From positions 3,424,001 to 3,488,000 of the forward strand of contig OY762428.1 in assembly GCA_963665665.1 (NCBI GenBank): DNA of 64,000 bases. The letters are read 5' to 3'. The DNA comes from Candidatus Kapaibacterium sp. (GTDB taxonomy: Bacteria > Bacteroidota > Ignavibacteria > Kapaibacteriales > UBA2268). Numbering within the stretch: the first letter of the stretch is position 1; every line of letters starts with the position of its first letter. The position numbers and the translations under genes are program-made. The notes beneath the pieces were generated by a model. It was not told the DNA's origin. It was given only the letters and a program-made list of their open reading frames with translations, and made no database searches. Of this stretch, positions 1-10,315 are shown in pieces.

Positions 1-362
1 AAGTGAAAACTGTTATGCGCCTGGATGGTGAGAAACAATTGGAATGCTGTACACAGGGAGCAGAGTTAAACCAGGAAATCTACCAGAGATTAGTTGAGGG
101 TGAAGTACACTGGTGCTGGGATGTTTATAATTGGCAGACCTGCGGTTACAAGTGTTGCGCACGGGTATATCATTGTACAAGATATTATGATAATATTTGG
201 GAAAAAACATTAACAACGGTTTCTTTACCGACAACCGTATCAATAACCTCCTGCGACCCTGTTTCAGGCTGTACGGATTGTATATCAGGAGCACCACTAC
301 CATGTGAAGACGGAGGCTGTGAAGGCCAGGGTTATGATGAAGAAGAACAGCCCGCCCCTTAA
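1..362 (+). CDS. Cys-rich hypothetical protein, 5'-truncated by window edge
   Basis: Frame is open from the window start; 12 Cys in 119 aa; followed by a hairpin at 379-402. Confidence 0.6.
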   Translation, partial: VKTVMRLDGEKQLECCTQGAELNQEIYQRLVEGEVHWCWDVYNWQTCGYKCCARVYHCTRYYDNIWEKTLTTVSLPTTVSITSCDPVSGCTDCISGAPLPCEDGGCEGQGYDEEEQPAP

Positions 363-378
363 TCTCTATTTTTAATAA

Positions 379-408
379 GCCCGGTTTTTTTTATTGCCGG
401 GCATCTTT
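379..408 (+). terminator. Probable intrinsic terminator
   Basis: gcccgg / ccgggc stem followed by atctttt, just after the stop at 362. Confidence 0.5.
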
Positions 409-768
409 TGGAAAATTACTTTCAGCTCTGAATCATAAAATGGTTTTCAAAAATATCTGAATCAATAAATTACGCCTCAGCTAAAATTACATGCAAGAAG
501 GATATTTGCTTTTTGGGCAAAAAATCTTCTAAATAATCACTTTTGTTATTACGCAGTTTAATAAAATTATTCAGTCCTTATTAACGGTTAATACCTTAAT
601 CCGTAAATCAATCTGTTCCAAGTAAAAAAAAATTTAATAATATCAATCATGTATGTTAATCAGTTTTTTCCAATATCGGAGAATAATAATTGATTTTTAT
701 TGCAAATTTTATATTTTGGCACTATTAGAAATTGATTCAGTTGGGAAATTAATTCGGCAGGTAACCAA

Positions 769-1743
769 ATGAGTAAAATACCTTCAAGAAGAATAAACAG
801 CCCTTTTTTGATAGGGCTTTTCGTGATATTCGGAACAGTTGTGCTTATCGGGGCCATACTTTGGCTCGGAGCTAATCAGTTCCTGAAGGAAAGATCCTAT
901 TACGTAACGTATTTCGATGGTTCCGTTGAAGGCCTTGAAACAGGTTCAGCTGTAAAATACCAGGGAGTTCCGGTTGGTACAATTTCTACTATTGATGTGG
1001 CTCCGGACGGCCATCTGATAGAAATAATTATGAGTATTGACAAAAAAATTGATATTAATGACAAGCTCAGGGCCAAATCAGAATGGGCCGGAATTGCGGG
1101 GGGTAAATTTATTCAGCTGTATTACCCGACAAATGAAAAAATTGCAAAAATGTTTCCCCGGTTCAATTTCCCTACACCGCATCCGTTAATAAAATCATCA
1201 CCGTCGGGCCTGGAGGAAATTGAAATTGCAATGAGGGATGTGATAAATAATATCAGGCGTTTTGAATTCGATAAAGTATCTGATAAAACTCAGGCTTTTC
1301 TGGATTCAACAACGAAGTTCTTCAGCAATAAAAAAATGTATAACACAATATCCAACCTGGAAGAAGCAACCGGAAAATTAAGCTCTATTGCTGCCAGGGC
1401 TGATACTTCCAGAATATTAGATTTTATTGCTAATTCAAGCGCTATGCTATACCAGACTACAATCGAACTCAAGGGATTTGCTGACAAATTAAACATGCAG
1501 ATAGACAGTATGAAAATTGATTATTACGTTGGGAAAGCATTCGAAAGATATGACACTACGATGATAAATGCCAATAAAGTTGTAATGTCGCTTGGATACA
1601 GAAGTGAAACTGCAATGTTTAACCTGATTGAAACTATGGAGGCGCTTAAAAGAACAAATAAGCAATTGCAGAAATCACTCAGGGCAATCAGCGACCACCC
1701 CTCGCAGGTATTTCTGAGCAATCCGCCGCCGGAAGATGAATAA
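769..1743 (+). CDS. MlaD/MCE family protein
   Basis: N-terminal TM helix, then YFDGSVEGLETGSAVKYQGVPVGTI MCE motif and a helical C-terminus. Confidence 0.9.
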   Translation: MSKIPSRRINSPFLIGLFVIFGTVVLIGAILWLGANQFLKERSYYVTYFDGSVEGLETGSAVKYQGVPVGTISTIDVAPDGHLIEIIMSIDKKIDINDKLRAKSEWAGIAGGKFIQLYYPTNEKIAKMFPRFNFPTPHPLIKSSPSGLEEIEIAMRDVINNIRRFEFDKVSDKTQAFLDSTTKFFSNKKMYNTISNLEEATGKLSSIAARADTSRILDFIANSSAMLYQTTIELKGFADKLNMQIDSMKIDYYVGKAFERYDTTMINANKVVMSLGYRSETAMFNLIETMEALKRTNKQLQKSLRAISDHPSQVFLSNPPPEDE

Positions 1744-1842
1744 ACAGGCAACTTTTTGATAAAAGTATAAATTTATATTTCCAAAAGGAAGTGTATGAAT
1801 AATAGAAAACATCAAATTAGAATGGATTATAAAAGGAATGAT

Positions 1843-2640
1843 ATGAAAGCTTTGGAAAAATTACAGGATATCAGAGCAAAGAAAAACTCGATTCTTTGTG
1901 TTGGGCTTGATACTGATATAAATAAAATTCCGGATCATTTTAAAAGAACAACCGAAAGTATCTCGGCTTTTAATATTGAAATAATAAAGGCAACCAGGGA
2001 TATCTGTGCTGCTTATAAAGTGAATTTTGCTTTTTACGAGCAGTATGGAATAGAAGGCTTTATTGAATTGAAGAAAACAATTGATGCTATTCCTGATGAC
2101 TGCTTTATCATCGCTGATGCCAAAAGAGGGGATATCGGGAACACTTCGGCAGCTTATGCTAAGTCCTGTTTTGAATATTTTAACGCTGATTCTATCACTG
2201 TCAGCCCATACATGGGTTCAGATTCAATTGGCCCTTTTCTCAATTTCCCCGGTAAAATGGTTTTTGTTCTTGCACTAACTTCCAATCCGGGTTCAAACGA
2301 TTTTCAGCATATTGAAAGCGACGGTAAGAAATTATATGAAAGAGTTATCTATCAGTCTTCGAAATGGGCTGATGAAAATTCGCTCGGTTATGTTGTGGGG
2401 GCAACGCATCCGGACGAACTGAAAAATATCAGGGAAATCATTCCGGGCAGGGCTTTGCTGATTCCCGGTGTGGGCGCTCAGGGTGGTGATATCGAAGCTG
2501 TTATCAAAGCAAATTCCGGCGGGCCTGCATTGATCAATGTATCAAGGGGAATAATTTATATTTCCTCCGGAAAAGATTTTGCAGAAAAAGTCAGAAATGA
2601 ATCGATTAAATATAACACTGAATTCAATAAATGGCTGTGA
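1843..2640 (+). CDS. pyrF: Orotidine-5'-phosphate decarboxylase (type 2)
   Basis: LCVGLD, DAKRGDIGNT, VGAT and LIPGVGAQGG motifs; start placed at ATG 1843 after AAAGGA. Confidence 0.95.
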   Translation: MKALEKLQDIRAKKNSILCVGLDTDINKIPDHFKRTTESISAFNIEIIKATRDICAAYKVNFAFYEQYGIEGFIELKKTIDAIPDDCFIIADAKRGDIGNTSAAYAKSCFEYFNADSITVSPYMGSDSIGPFLNFPGKMVFVLALTSNPGSNDFQHIESDGKKLYERVIYQSSKWADENSLGYVVGATHPDELKNIREIIPGRALLIPGVGAQGGDIEAVIKANSGGPALINVSRGIIYISSGKDFAEKVRNESIKYNTEFNKWL

Positions 2641-2713
2641 GCATAAATAAATTTTTGGTTTATACTCAGGTGGGTACAAAATATTGCTGTTATTGAAGAA
2701 AAATACAGAGAAA

Positions 2714-2804
2714 TGTCATTCTGACCGAGCGCAGTGAGGGAAGAATCCACGTTAAATAGCAGAATATGTAGAAGAATGGATACTTCGCTTGGCTCAGTAT
2801 GACA
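2714..2804. repeat. REP-like palindromic element, family 1 (TGTCATTCTGA...GAAGAATC / GGATACTTCGCT...TCAGTATGACA)
   Basis: Imperfect long inverted repeat; the right arm recurs near 16347-16378, 16995-17026, 31479-31509 and 31668-31699. Confidence 0.75.
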
Positions 2805-2913
2805 GCTTCATACAATTTTTATCGAATTTACATTGTTTAACTGAATAGTAACAATTTTTGCAGCAGATATATTTCAAACTTATATTCCGGGCGCGGCTTT
2901 GAACAATAGTAGA

Positions 2914-2952
2914 ATAAATAAGTCGGGATTTTTTTAATCCCGACTTATTTAT
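2914..2952. terminator. Bidirectional terminator between convergent genes
   Basis: Perfect 17-bp inverted repeat ataaataagtcgggatt / aatcccgacttatttat. Confidence 0.85.
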
Positions 2953-3009
2953 AAACTATCATTTATTTCTCAATTAAAACAATACCCGTTCAATTAACAA
3001 ATGCTTTCT

Positions 3010-5409
3010 TTAAAACGGTAATGAAACGGAGACGGTGGAACCGAAGTTCCCGCTGCCAATCGGGCCAATGCCCCAACCGGCATCGAAGCGAAGATATGCA
3101 ACATTGCTGATATATATTGGAATCCTGGATAGGCTGAAACCAATCTCGGAATAAAATTCTCCGTTTGTGCTAACATATTTACCGTTTATTGGCAGGTAAT
3201 AATCTTTATAAACAATATCTCCACCGAAATATTTACCTGCAGAAGCGCGCAGAAGCAGATTAATTCCACGGCCATTGAATTTTGGAAGGCCAATTGCCCG
3301 CCACCATATATCAGTCAGGTCAAGTTCGCCGTGGAATGAAAAGAATTCAGAACCACCGAAAACCCCAAATGGAGCCGATAAGAAATTATCCTTCGTTTCC
3401 CGAAACATTTCCCAGGTAGGCATTGCGAATTGCTGCTGTAGTGGCAAATTATCAGAGCCTTTTCCTCCCAAGGCTGTTATATCAAGAGAAATCGGATTAT
3501 AACCTGTTGGTATCAGTGGCATGAATATATTCAATTTACCCCGTGCATACCTGTAGGTGAGTGCATTTTCTTCACTTTCACCATAATGTGCTTCTATATC
3601 AGCGCTGAATGCGAAATCTCCAAGAAATCCGCTTGCGTCCCCGAATTCATAAGATAGTTTCGCGTGTGCGTCCCTGAAACTGCCTTCGGTTATTTCCGGA
3701 TTGTCCCGCCATTTTTTTGATGAAAATAATGATTTGTTTGTTGTTTTATTCATAGAATACTGGCGCGAGAAATCAACAGATCCGAAAAGATCAAATCCCC
3801 AATACCTGTAAGTATCCAAATACAACCCGAAGCCGTCGTGCTTGTGATAATCAAAAACATCATAATGAAGCAGGGCGGCGGCGGCAATATCGTCTAATTC
3901 CCTATCCCTGCCAAATCCTCTGTTGGTGTAATAATCGGAATATATTCTACCTCCTAACCTTGTATAAGGAAGATAGATTTTAGAATCAAAATAACCGATA
4001 AATTCCTGCTGCCCAAAACTGAAGGATGCCACCATATTATTATCCACTTTCCAAAAATCAAGCGAGCCTTTCAATCCCAAAACTACAGAAGCGCTTCTGT
4101 TAAAATCCAAATCAGGCATCCAGTCGAAACTGACTGATTTGTTGCCCTCTTTATCGGACGAATCTTTCGCCACGAGGCTGTCCACCTGCTGATACATTTC
4201 CATTTCGCGGGGAGTTATCTCCCGTAAGGAATTTTTTTCCCAAAAATCAATTTTCATCGAATCGGCAGTTTCGGTAACTGCTATCCATGGAATATCTTCC
4301 TTGTATATCGAATCCGGCAGCGCTTTGTTTATTTCTACTTCACTGTAGATACTTGTGGAATTGATGTCGGCTTTAATATCCATTAGCCCTTTTATAACAT
4401 CCACTCCGAGCTTGGCTGAAACATTCAGGAAGGAAGGAAACCAAATTCCCCTGGAAAATTCCTCGAATTTTTCATTTATATGCAAACCTTCGAAGAATGG
4501 TATTTCTGTGTTTTCAGCGGGACTGACATCAACTTCGACAAGGTCATAGCTTTCCTCAACAATTTTAATAGTTCCCTGGAAACCCGGGAAAAGGCTTGAT
4601 GATGGCTGAATATCAATAATATAAACATACCTGTCATCAAGAGTAGTTCTGCCGCGTAATTCGAAATCGTAGTTGTCCAGGGCATCTTCCCCGACAGGGC
4701 TTCCGAGTTTAACCTGAAGGAAATTAAATTCATCATCGTAGAAATTAATAAACTCACCAATAGCCAGCATATTATCCTGTGGCTCTATATTCTTGGTTTG
4801 GCGTCTTTGTAAAATTGAAGTATGTGAAACTTCTTTTTCTTTATCCCTGAAATTGCGTGCAAATGTTTCCAGTACAAACATTTTGAATTTCTCCGGCGCT
4901 TTTTCACCTATCGATGCTCCGAGGGTCATGCTATTACCGTCGCTTTCTGCGCTTGTAAATGCCGAACCGTCCATTTCTACGGAAAGTTTTGAATATAACA
5001 AGCCGCTGAAAGTCTTAATCTTTTCAAGATTCTCTTCTTTGCGTGCTATTGTTCTTTTAATAATCTCTTCCACGGTTATATCGCCAACAACCTTAACCCC
5101 GGACAAAAGTACTGAAGATGGTTTCAGCTTTACATCAATGTTATCGTTGCCGCTTTTTGCTGTGATGTTTGTGCTTTCATACCCTAAAGACCGGATAAGC
5201 AGATTAGTATTCTCTTCAACACGAAGCCTGTATTCGCCCCTTGAATTTGAATATGTTCCCCTGCTGCCGTCGGCCATACGAATTGTAGCTCCGGGAACAG
5301 GTGCGCCGTTTTGCGAATCGATAATTATTCCCTGCAGGGTAATTTCTTTTGCATTCAATAATATTGAGGATAGTAAAAATGCCGTAAGTATAAAAAATAT
5401 GAGTCTCAT
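3010..5409 (-). CDS. Outer-membrane protein with carboxypeptidase-regulatory-like N-domain (DUF5686-like)
   Basis: Signal peptide; GIIIDSQNGAPVPGATI...SLGYE domain; beta-strand-rich C-terminus ending in F. Confidence 0.75.
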   Translation of the reverse strand: MRLIFFILTAFLLSSILLNAKEITLQGIIIDSQNGAPVPGATIRMADGSRGTYSNSRGEYRLRVEENTNLLIRSLGYESTNITAKSGNDNIDVKLKPSSVLLSGVKVVGDITVEEIIKRTIARKEENLEKIKTFSGLLYSKLSVEMDGSAFTSAESDGNSMTLGASIGEKAPEKFKMFVLETFARNFRDKEKEVSHTSILQRRQTKNIEPQDNMLAIGEFINFYDDEFNFLQVKLGSPVGEDALDNYDFELRGRTTLDDRYVYIIDIQPSSSLFPGFQGTIKIVEESYDLVEVDVSPAENTEIPFFEGLHINEKFEEFSRGIWFPSFLNVSAKLGVDVIKGLMDIKADINSTSIYSEVEINKALPDSIYKEDIPWIAVTETADSMKIDFWEKNSLREITPREMEMYQQVDSLVAKDSSDKEGNKSVSFDWMPDLDFNRSASVVLGLKGSLDFWKVDNNMVASFSFGQQEFIGYFDSKIYLPYTRLGGRIYSDYYTNRGFGRDRELDDIAAAALLHYDVFDYHKHDGFGLYLDTYRYWGFDLFGSVDFSRQYSMNKTTNKSLFSSKKWRDNPEITEGSFRDAHAKLSYEFGDASGFLGDFAFSADIEAHYGESEENALTYRYARGKLNIFMPLIPTGYNPISLDITALGGKGSDNLPLQQQFAMPTWEMFRETKDNFLSAPFGVFGGSEFFSFHGELDLTDIWWRAIGLPKFNGRGINLLLRASAGKYFGGDIVYKDYYLPINGKYVSTNGEFYSEIGFSLSRIPIYISNVAYLRFDAGWGIGPIGSGNFGSTVSVSLPF

Positions 5410-5821
5410 TCCAAACTCCGATAATTGAAAATCTTATTCAGTTATTAAATTTACGAAATTTTTAAAAAAATGATGCACTTAAATTTTACGGGCTGAATAT
5501 AAACTATGGATACGAAACTCCGGAATTTACTAAATTTTTTTGTCTGTTTATCATATTATAGTTAATTTGAAAATTGTTTGAAGACGATTCTCATGTAACC
5601 GAAAGTGTTGCATATCTGGTTTGGAAATGATGAACAGAAAAAGGAAAAAATATTGACAGTAAGCATAATTAAAATATACGAATAAGGCCTTAATAAAAAG
5701 GTATCCCCGCATAAACCACATTTAAACCGGATTACAGGCCGGAACTATCTCTCCCTGAATAATGGAGACGATATACTATTGTGTTTGGACTTAAAAAAAT
5801 AGTTTAATATACAGGATCGCG

Positions 5822-7156
5822 ATGATGAAAGCGTTAACATTTACAGGCGGAACTCATCCTTCGGAATACAAGGAGCTGACCGAGGACAAACCCTTCGAAC
5901 TAATGCCCCTTCCCGAAAAAGTTCTCCTGCCTACATCACAGCATATTGGCAAACCTGCCAGGCTGAGCGTGAAGAAGAAATCCGAAGTAAAAACCGGCCA
6001 GGTGATTGCTGAGCAGGACGGATTTATTTCTTCGATTATTCATAGTTCTGTAAACGGAACTGTAAAGAACATTGGTATTCAGGCAAACGTCAGCGGCTTT
6101 CCCAGGGAAGCAATTGAAATAACTGTTGACGGAAATGGTGAGGAGCTTTGCCTTATGGAAGCTATGAACCCGGATAAGGTTACTCCGGATGAAATAAGGC
6201 AGAGGGTAAAAGAAGCCGGTATCGTAGGCCAGGGCGGCGCTGCATTCCCGACTTATGTAAAACTTACACCGCCGGAAGGTGCAAAAATTGATTGTGTTAT
6301 CCTGAATGGTGCCGAGTGTGAACCCTACCTTACAAGGGATTACAGGTTTATGCTTGAAAGAACTGAAGCAGTTATTGGTGGCCTGAATCTGATAATGAAG
6401 GCACTTGGTGTGAAAAAAGGAGCTGCCGGAATCGAGGATAACAAACCAAAAGCTATTGAGAAAATGACGAAAATGGCTGAAAATTATCCCGAAATTGATG
6501 TTTATCAGCTGAAAACAAAATACCCCCAGGGTGCAGAGAAGATGCTTATCAAAGCTATCCTTGGCAGGGAAGTGCCTCCGGGAAAACTGCCGCTTGACGT
6601 GGGAGTGGTTATCCAGAATATCGGAACGGCAGTTGCAGTTTATGATGCTGTTGTAAAAGGCATTCCGGAAACAACAGCTGCTCTTACAGTATCAGGCGGA
6701 GCTGTAAAGGAACCAAAAAATCTGATCGTACCGGTTGGTACTCCGATAAATGACGTGATCGAGTTTTGCGGTGGTTTTTCCGAGGATGTTGCAAAAGTAG
6801 TTGTAGGCGGCCCCATGATGGGCGTTGCCCAGTATGATTTTACAGCTCCGGTTATGAAAGCTACTTCCGGCATTCTGGCACTTACAAAAAGCGAATTGAA
6901 TAAAGTTGAAGAAACTAACTGTGTGAGCTGCGGAAAATGCGTTGAAGCCTGTGCACTTAACGTCCTTCCTACTACTGTTGTAAAAATGATAAAAGAAGGC
7001 CGGCTTGAAGAGGCAGATAAATTAGGAATAATGACATGTATGGAATGCGGAACATGTACTTATGTCTGCCCGGCTAATATACCCCTTGTGCAGTGGATTA
7101 GGCTTGGCAAGCACAGGGTTGCTGCTTTCAACAGGGCAAAACAGGAAAATAATTAG
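5822..7156 (+). CDS. rnfC: Rnf/Rsx electron transport complex subunit C
   Basis: QHIG, GIVGQGGAAFPT, NGAECEPYLT, KYPQGAEK, GGPMMG and two CxxCxxCxxxC motifs. Confidence 0.95.
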   Translation: MMKALTFTGGTHPSEYKELTEDKPFELMPLPEKVLLPTSQHIGKPARLSVKKKSEVKTGQVIAEQDGFISSIIHSSVNGTVKNIGIQANVSGFPREAIEITVDGNGEELCLMEAMNPDKVTPDEIRQRVKEAGIVGQGGAAFPTYVKLTPPEGAKIDCVILNGAECEPYLTRDYRFMLERTEAVIGGLNLIMKALGVKKGAAGIEDNKPKAIEKMTKMAENYPEIDVYQLKTKYPQGAEKMLIKAILGREVPPGKLPLDVGVVIQNIGTAVAVYDAVVKGIPETTAALTVSGGAVKEPKNLIVPVGTPINDVIEFCGGFSEDVAKVVVGGPMMGVAQYDFTAPVMKATSGILALTKSELNKVEETNCVSCGKCVEACALNVLPTTVVKMIKEGRLEEADKLGIMTCMECGTCTYVCPANIPLVQWIRLGKHRVAAFNRAKQENN

Positions 7157-7187
7157 TTAATAGTAAATATATATAAAATGAGGAAAA

Positions 7188-8171
7188 ATGGCAGAATCAG
7201 TTGAGACTAAGTTAAGGGGCTTGGAGCTATCAAGTTCCCCGCACGTCCATTCCACTATGTCAACCAAAAAGTCGATGTGGATGGTTGTAGCAGCCCTTAT
7301 GCCTCCTACGATAGCCGCCGTTGTATTTTTCGGCTTTTACCAGATTCTGGTGATAGCTGTTAGTATCGGCGTTGCTGTTGGAACCGAGGCATTGATCAGG
7401 AAAGCCAGGAAAAAACCGGTAACGGTTAGCGATGGAAGTGCGGTTATAACGGGGCTGTTGCTTGCTCTTGTATTGCCGCCAAATTTTAATTTGTTTTTCA
7501 CGGCTCTCGGATCGGCAGTAGCAATCGGTATCGGCAAGGAAGTATTCGGAGGTCTCGGATATAATGTTTTCAATCCGGCACTCGTTGGCAGGGCATTTCT
7601 GCAGGCTGCATTTCCTGTTCCGATGACAACATGGACAGCAAACAATTTTGCAGTTGACTCGGTTAGTTCGGCCACTCCGCTGTCAGCATTCAAATTCGAC
7701 AGCGTGTTCACCGAACTCGGAAATCTCTTTATAGGCAATATCGGCGGATCGCTTGGTGAAACATCCGTGATCGCTGTACTGATTGGAGGAATTTTCCTTC
7801 TGATAACAAGGGTTGCCAACTGGGAAATTCCGATAGCTATGATCTGCGGCGCTTTAGTATTCGGGGGTATTTTCTGGCTTGTAGATCCGGCAGCCTATCC
7901 AAACCCATTCTTCCATATATTCGCGGGCGGTTTCCTGTTCGGGGCCTTCTTTATGGCAACTGACTGGGTAAGCAGTCCTATCACGAGAAAAGGTATGTGG
8001 ATATTCGGAATGGGTATAGCTCTTGTAGTTGTGATTATCAGGCTTTTCGGTGGACTTCCGGAAGGTGTTATGTATGCTATTCTGTTTATGAATGCATTCG
8101 TACCTCTGATCGACAGATACACTAAACCAAGGATATTTGGCGCTGAAAAAGTTAAAAAAGCAGCGGCTTAA
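7188..8171 (+). CDS. rnfD: Rnf subunit D
   Basis: SSPH start, FGGLGYNVFNPALVGRA, SATPL flavinylation motif, GSLGETS, FMATD. Confidence 0.95.
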   Translation: MAESVETKLRGLELSSSPHVHSTMSTKKSMWMVVAALMPPTIAAVVFFGFYQILVIAVSIGVAVGTEALIRKARKKPVTVSDGSAVITGLLLALVLPPNFNLFFTALGSAVAIGIGKEVFGGLGYNVFNPALVGRAFLQAAFPVPMTTWTANNFAVDSVSSATPLSAFKFDSVFTELGNLFIGNIGGSLGETSVIAVLIGGIFLLITRVANWEIPIAMICGALVFGGIFWLVDPAAYPNPFFHIFAGGFLFGAFFMATDWVSSPITRKGMWIFGMGIALVVVIIRLFGGLPEGVMYAILFMNAFVPLIDRYTKPRIFGAEKVKKAAA

Positions 8172-8261
8172 TTTTAATAAAGATCAGCTGATTGACATAA
8201 GCTGATGTATAAAAGGTAACTAAAGAAGAGATAGAAGAAAATGCAAAACTTTAGTTTTACA

Positions 8262-8356
8262 TCCGACCCCTGCCAAACACACGCGGTGTGGAACCCTCCC
8301 CGAAGGGTGGCTTTAAAATCAAAGCCCCTCCTTCGGAGGGGTTTGGGGAGGTCAGG
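8262..8356. repeat. GC-rich palindromic element (family 4, CCCCTCCTTCGGAGGGG) inside the rnf operon
   Basis: aagcccctccttcggaggggtttggggaggtcag closely matches 15219-15256. Confidence 0.7.
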
Positions 8357-8433
8357 TATATGCTAAGATTATATTGTATCATTTCTTATCCGATTAGTTG
8401 CAGGAAATTATTAATTAACAACGGATTTTAATA

Positions 8434-9000
8434 ATGAAACTGATAGTACAAATGCTGGCTACGCTTACTGTTATCGGTATTATTTCCGGGGGGCTGCTCG
8501 CACAAATTGACAATTGGGCGCAGCCGAAAATTGCCGGACATGCCAAAAAGGAAACAGAAAAAGCGATTTTCATTGTCCAGCCTGATGCCAATTCCTATGA
8601 ATCGGTTGAAACAGCAGGATTTGAGCTCTATAAAGTATTCGATGAAAACAAAAAATCCCTCGGATATGCCATGCCCCACAATGGTAATGGCTTCCAGGGA
8701 AATGTGAAAATTATGATAGGTGTTGCAGGCGATATGAATTCCCTTATAGGTCTGGAAATTCTTGAGCAGGTTGAAACTCCGGGCCTCGGAACAAAGGTTT
8801 GTGAACCATTTTTCAAGGATCAGTTCAAAGGCCTGGCATGCGACCCCCGGATAGAATGGGTGAAGGGCGCTGAACCATCAAAACCAAATGAAATCCAGGC
8901 AATAACCGGCGCTACAATCTCTTCTAAAGCTGTAGTGGCAATAATAAACGACGGATTGAACAAGCTGAAAAGCGTTAAAGAAGGAGGCGCTGAATTATGA
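8434..9000 (+). CDS. rnfG: Rnf subunit G
   Basis: N-terminal TM, ETPGLG, ITGATISS flavinylation motif. Confidence 0.95.
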   Translation: MKLIVQMLATLTVIGIISGGLLAQIDNWAQPKIAGHAKKETEKAIFIVQPDANSYESVETAGFELYKVFDENKKSLGYAMPHNGNGFQGNVKIMIGVAGDMNSLIGLEILEQVETPGLGTKVCEPFFKDQFKGLACDPRIEWVKGAEPSKPNEIQAITGATISSKAVVAIINDGLNKLKSVKEGGAEL

Positions 9001-9674
9001 AGAAACAAGTTGGTTTAATAAAAGAATTTTCAAAAGGACTCTGGGATAGTAATCCGGTTTTTAAGCAGGTTCTTGGGATGTGTCCGGCGCTTGCTGTTAC
9101 AGTTTCTGCTATTAATGGTATAGCAATGGCCCTGGCAACTACTTTCGTACTTGTTTTTTCAAGTATGATTGTGTCCATGATCAGGAAGCTGATTCCTTCA
9201 CAGGTAAGGATTGCTTCTTATATTGTGATTATTGCAACATTCGTTACAATCGTTGACCTGGTGATGAAAGCTCAGTTTCCTGAATTAAGCAAATCATTAG
9301 GCCCATATATACCGCTTATAGTTGTGAACTGCCTTATACTTGGCAGGCAGGAAGCATTTTCATCCAAAAATGGCGTATTTCGTTCAATACTGGATGCACT
9401 TGGCATGGGAGCAGGATTCCTGATAGCTCTATTTGTGCTTGGCGGAGTAAGGGAAATTCTGGGGAACAGAACTATCCTGAATATCCAGGTATTGCCGGAT
9501 ATGTATGAACCGTGGCTTATCATGATTCTGCCCGCAGGAGCTTTCCTGTCTCTTGGCCTGCTGATGGGCTTTTCGAATATGTATATTCTTAAAAAAGAAA
9601 AAACAAAGCGCGAGGCGGCAGTGAAACGCCATATCGAAAGCAGGACTATAAACATAAACAGTCAGGAGGCGTAA
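8997..9674 (+). CDS. rnfE: Rnf subunit E
   Basis: NPVFKQVLGMCPALAV, IPLIVVNC, REILG, PAGAF. Confidence 0.95.
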   Translation: MKKQVGLIKEFSKGLWDSNPVFKQVLGMCPALAVTVSAINGIAMALATTFVLVFSSMIVSMIRKLIPSQVRIASYIVIIATFVTIVDLVMKAQFPELSKSLGPYIPLIVVNCLILGRQEAFSSKNGVFRSILDALGMGAGFLIALFVLGGVREILGNRTILNIQVLPDMYEPWLIMILPAGAFLSLGLLMGFSNMYILKKEKTKREAAVKRHIESRTININSQEA

Positions 9675-10253
9675 ATGGTACTGATATTAATATTCTTATC
9701 GGCTGCTATAGCCAACAACTTCGTACTGGCTTACTTCCTCGGGATATGTCCTTTTATTGGTGTATCGAATAAATTATCCTCAGCCTTTTCAATGGGTATG
9801 GCCGTAACATTTGTTATGACGATAACTGCAATTGTTTCCTGGCTGATATATCACCTGATACTTGTGCCATTCGGGCTGGAATTCCTGGAGTACGTATCGT
9901 TTATTCTCGTGATAGCATCGCTTGTGCAATTTGTTGAAATGTTCGTGAAAAAGGTCAGCCAGCCGTTATACAGGGCTTTAGGTATATTTTTGCCTCTTAT
10001 CACAACAAACTGCGCAATTCTTGGCCTTGCTCTTTTCATCGTTCTCAGGGATTACTCCTTTGTCGAGTCGATCTTCTTTGGTGTTGGGGCCGGTGCAGGC
10101 TTTACATTGGCAATCAGTATAATGGCCGGTATTCGCGAGAAACTTGACCTTGCTGACGTTCCCGAATCATTCAGGGGCGCTCCGATAACACTTATCGTTG
10201 CGGGCATTCTTGCATTGGCATTCATGGGCTTTTCCGGGCTTATCTCGGTATAA
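9675..10253 (+). CDS. rnfA: Rnf subunit A
   Basis: NNFVLAYFLGICPFIGVS, LGIFLPLITTNCAILG, AFMGFSG. Confidence 0.95.
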   Translation: MVLILIFLSAAIANNFVLAYFLGICPFIGVSNKLSSAFSMGMAVTFVMTITAIVSWLIYHLILVPFGLEFLEYVSFILVIASLVQFVEMFVKKVSQPLYRALGIFLPLITTNCAILGLALFIVLRDYSFVESIFFGVGAGAGFTLAISIMAGIREKLDLADVPESFRGAPITLIVAGILALAFMGFSGLISV

Positions 10254-10315
10254 GTTGAATTTGATTAATAATATCAAATGAAATCAAAAAAAACGTAACA
10301 AAAATCAATATATAA

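Noticed and set aside
5410-5821. Riboswitch or leader RNA upstream of rnfC
   Set aside because: Only short weak hairpins; no riboswitch consensus I recognise. An Rfam scan would settle it
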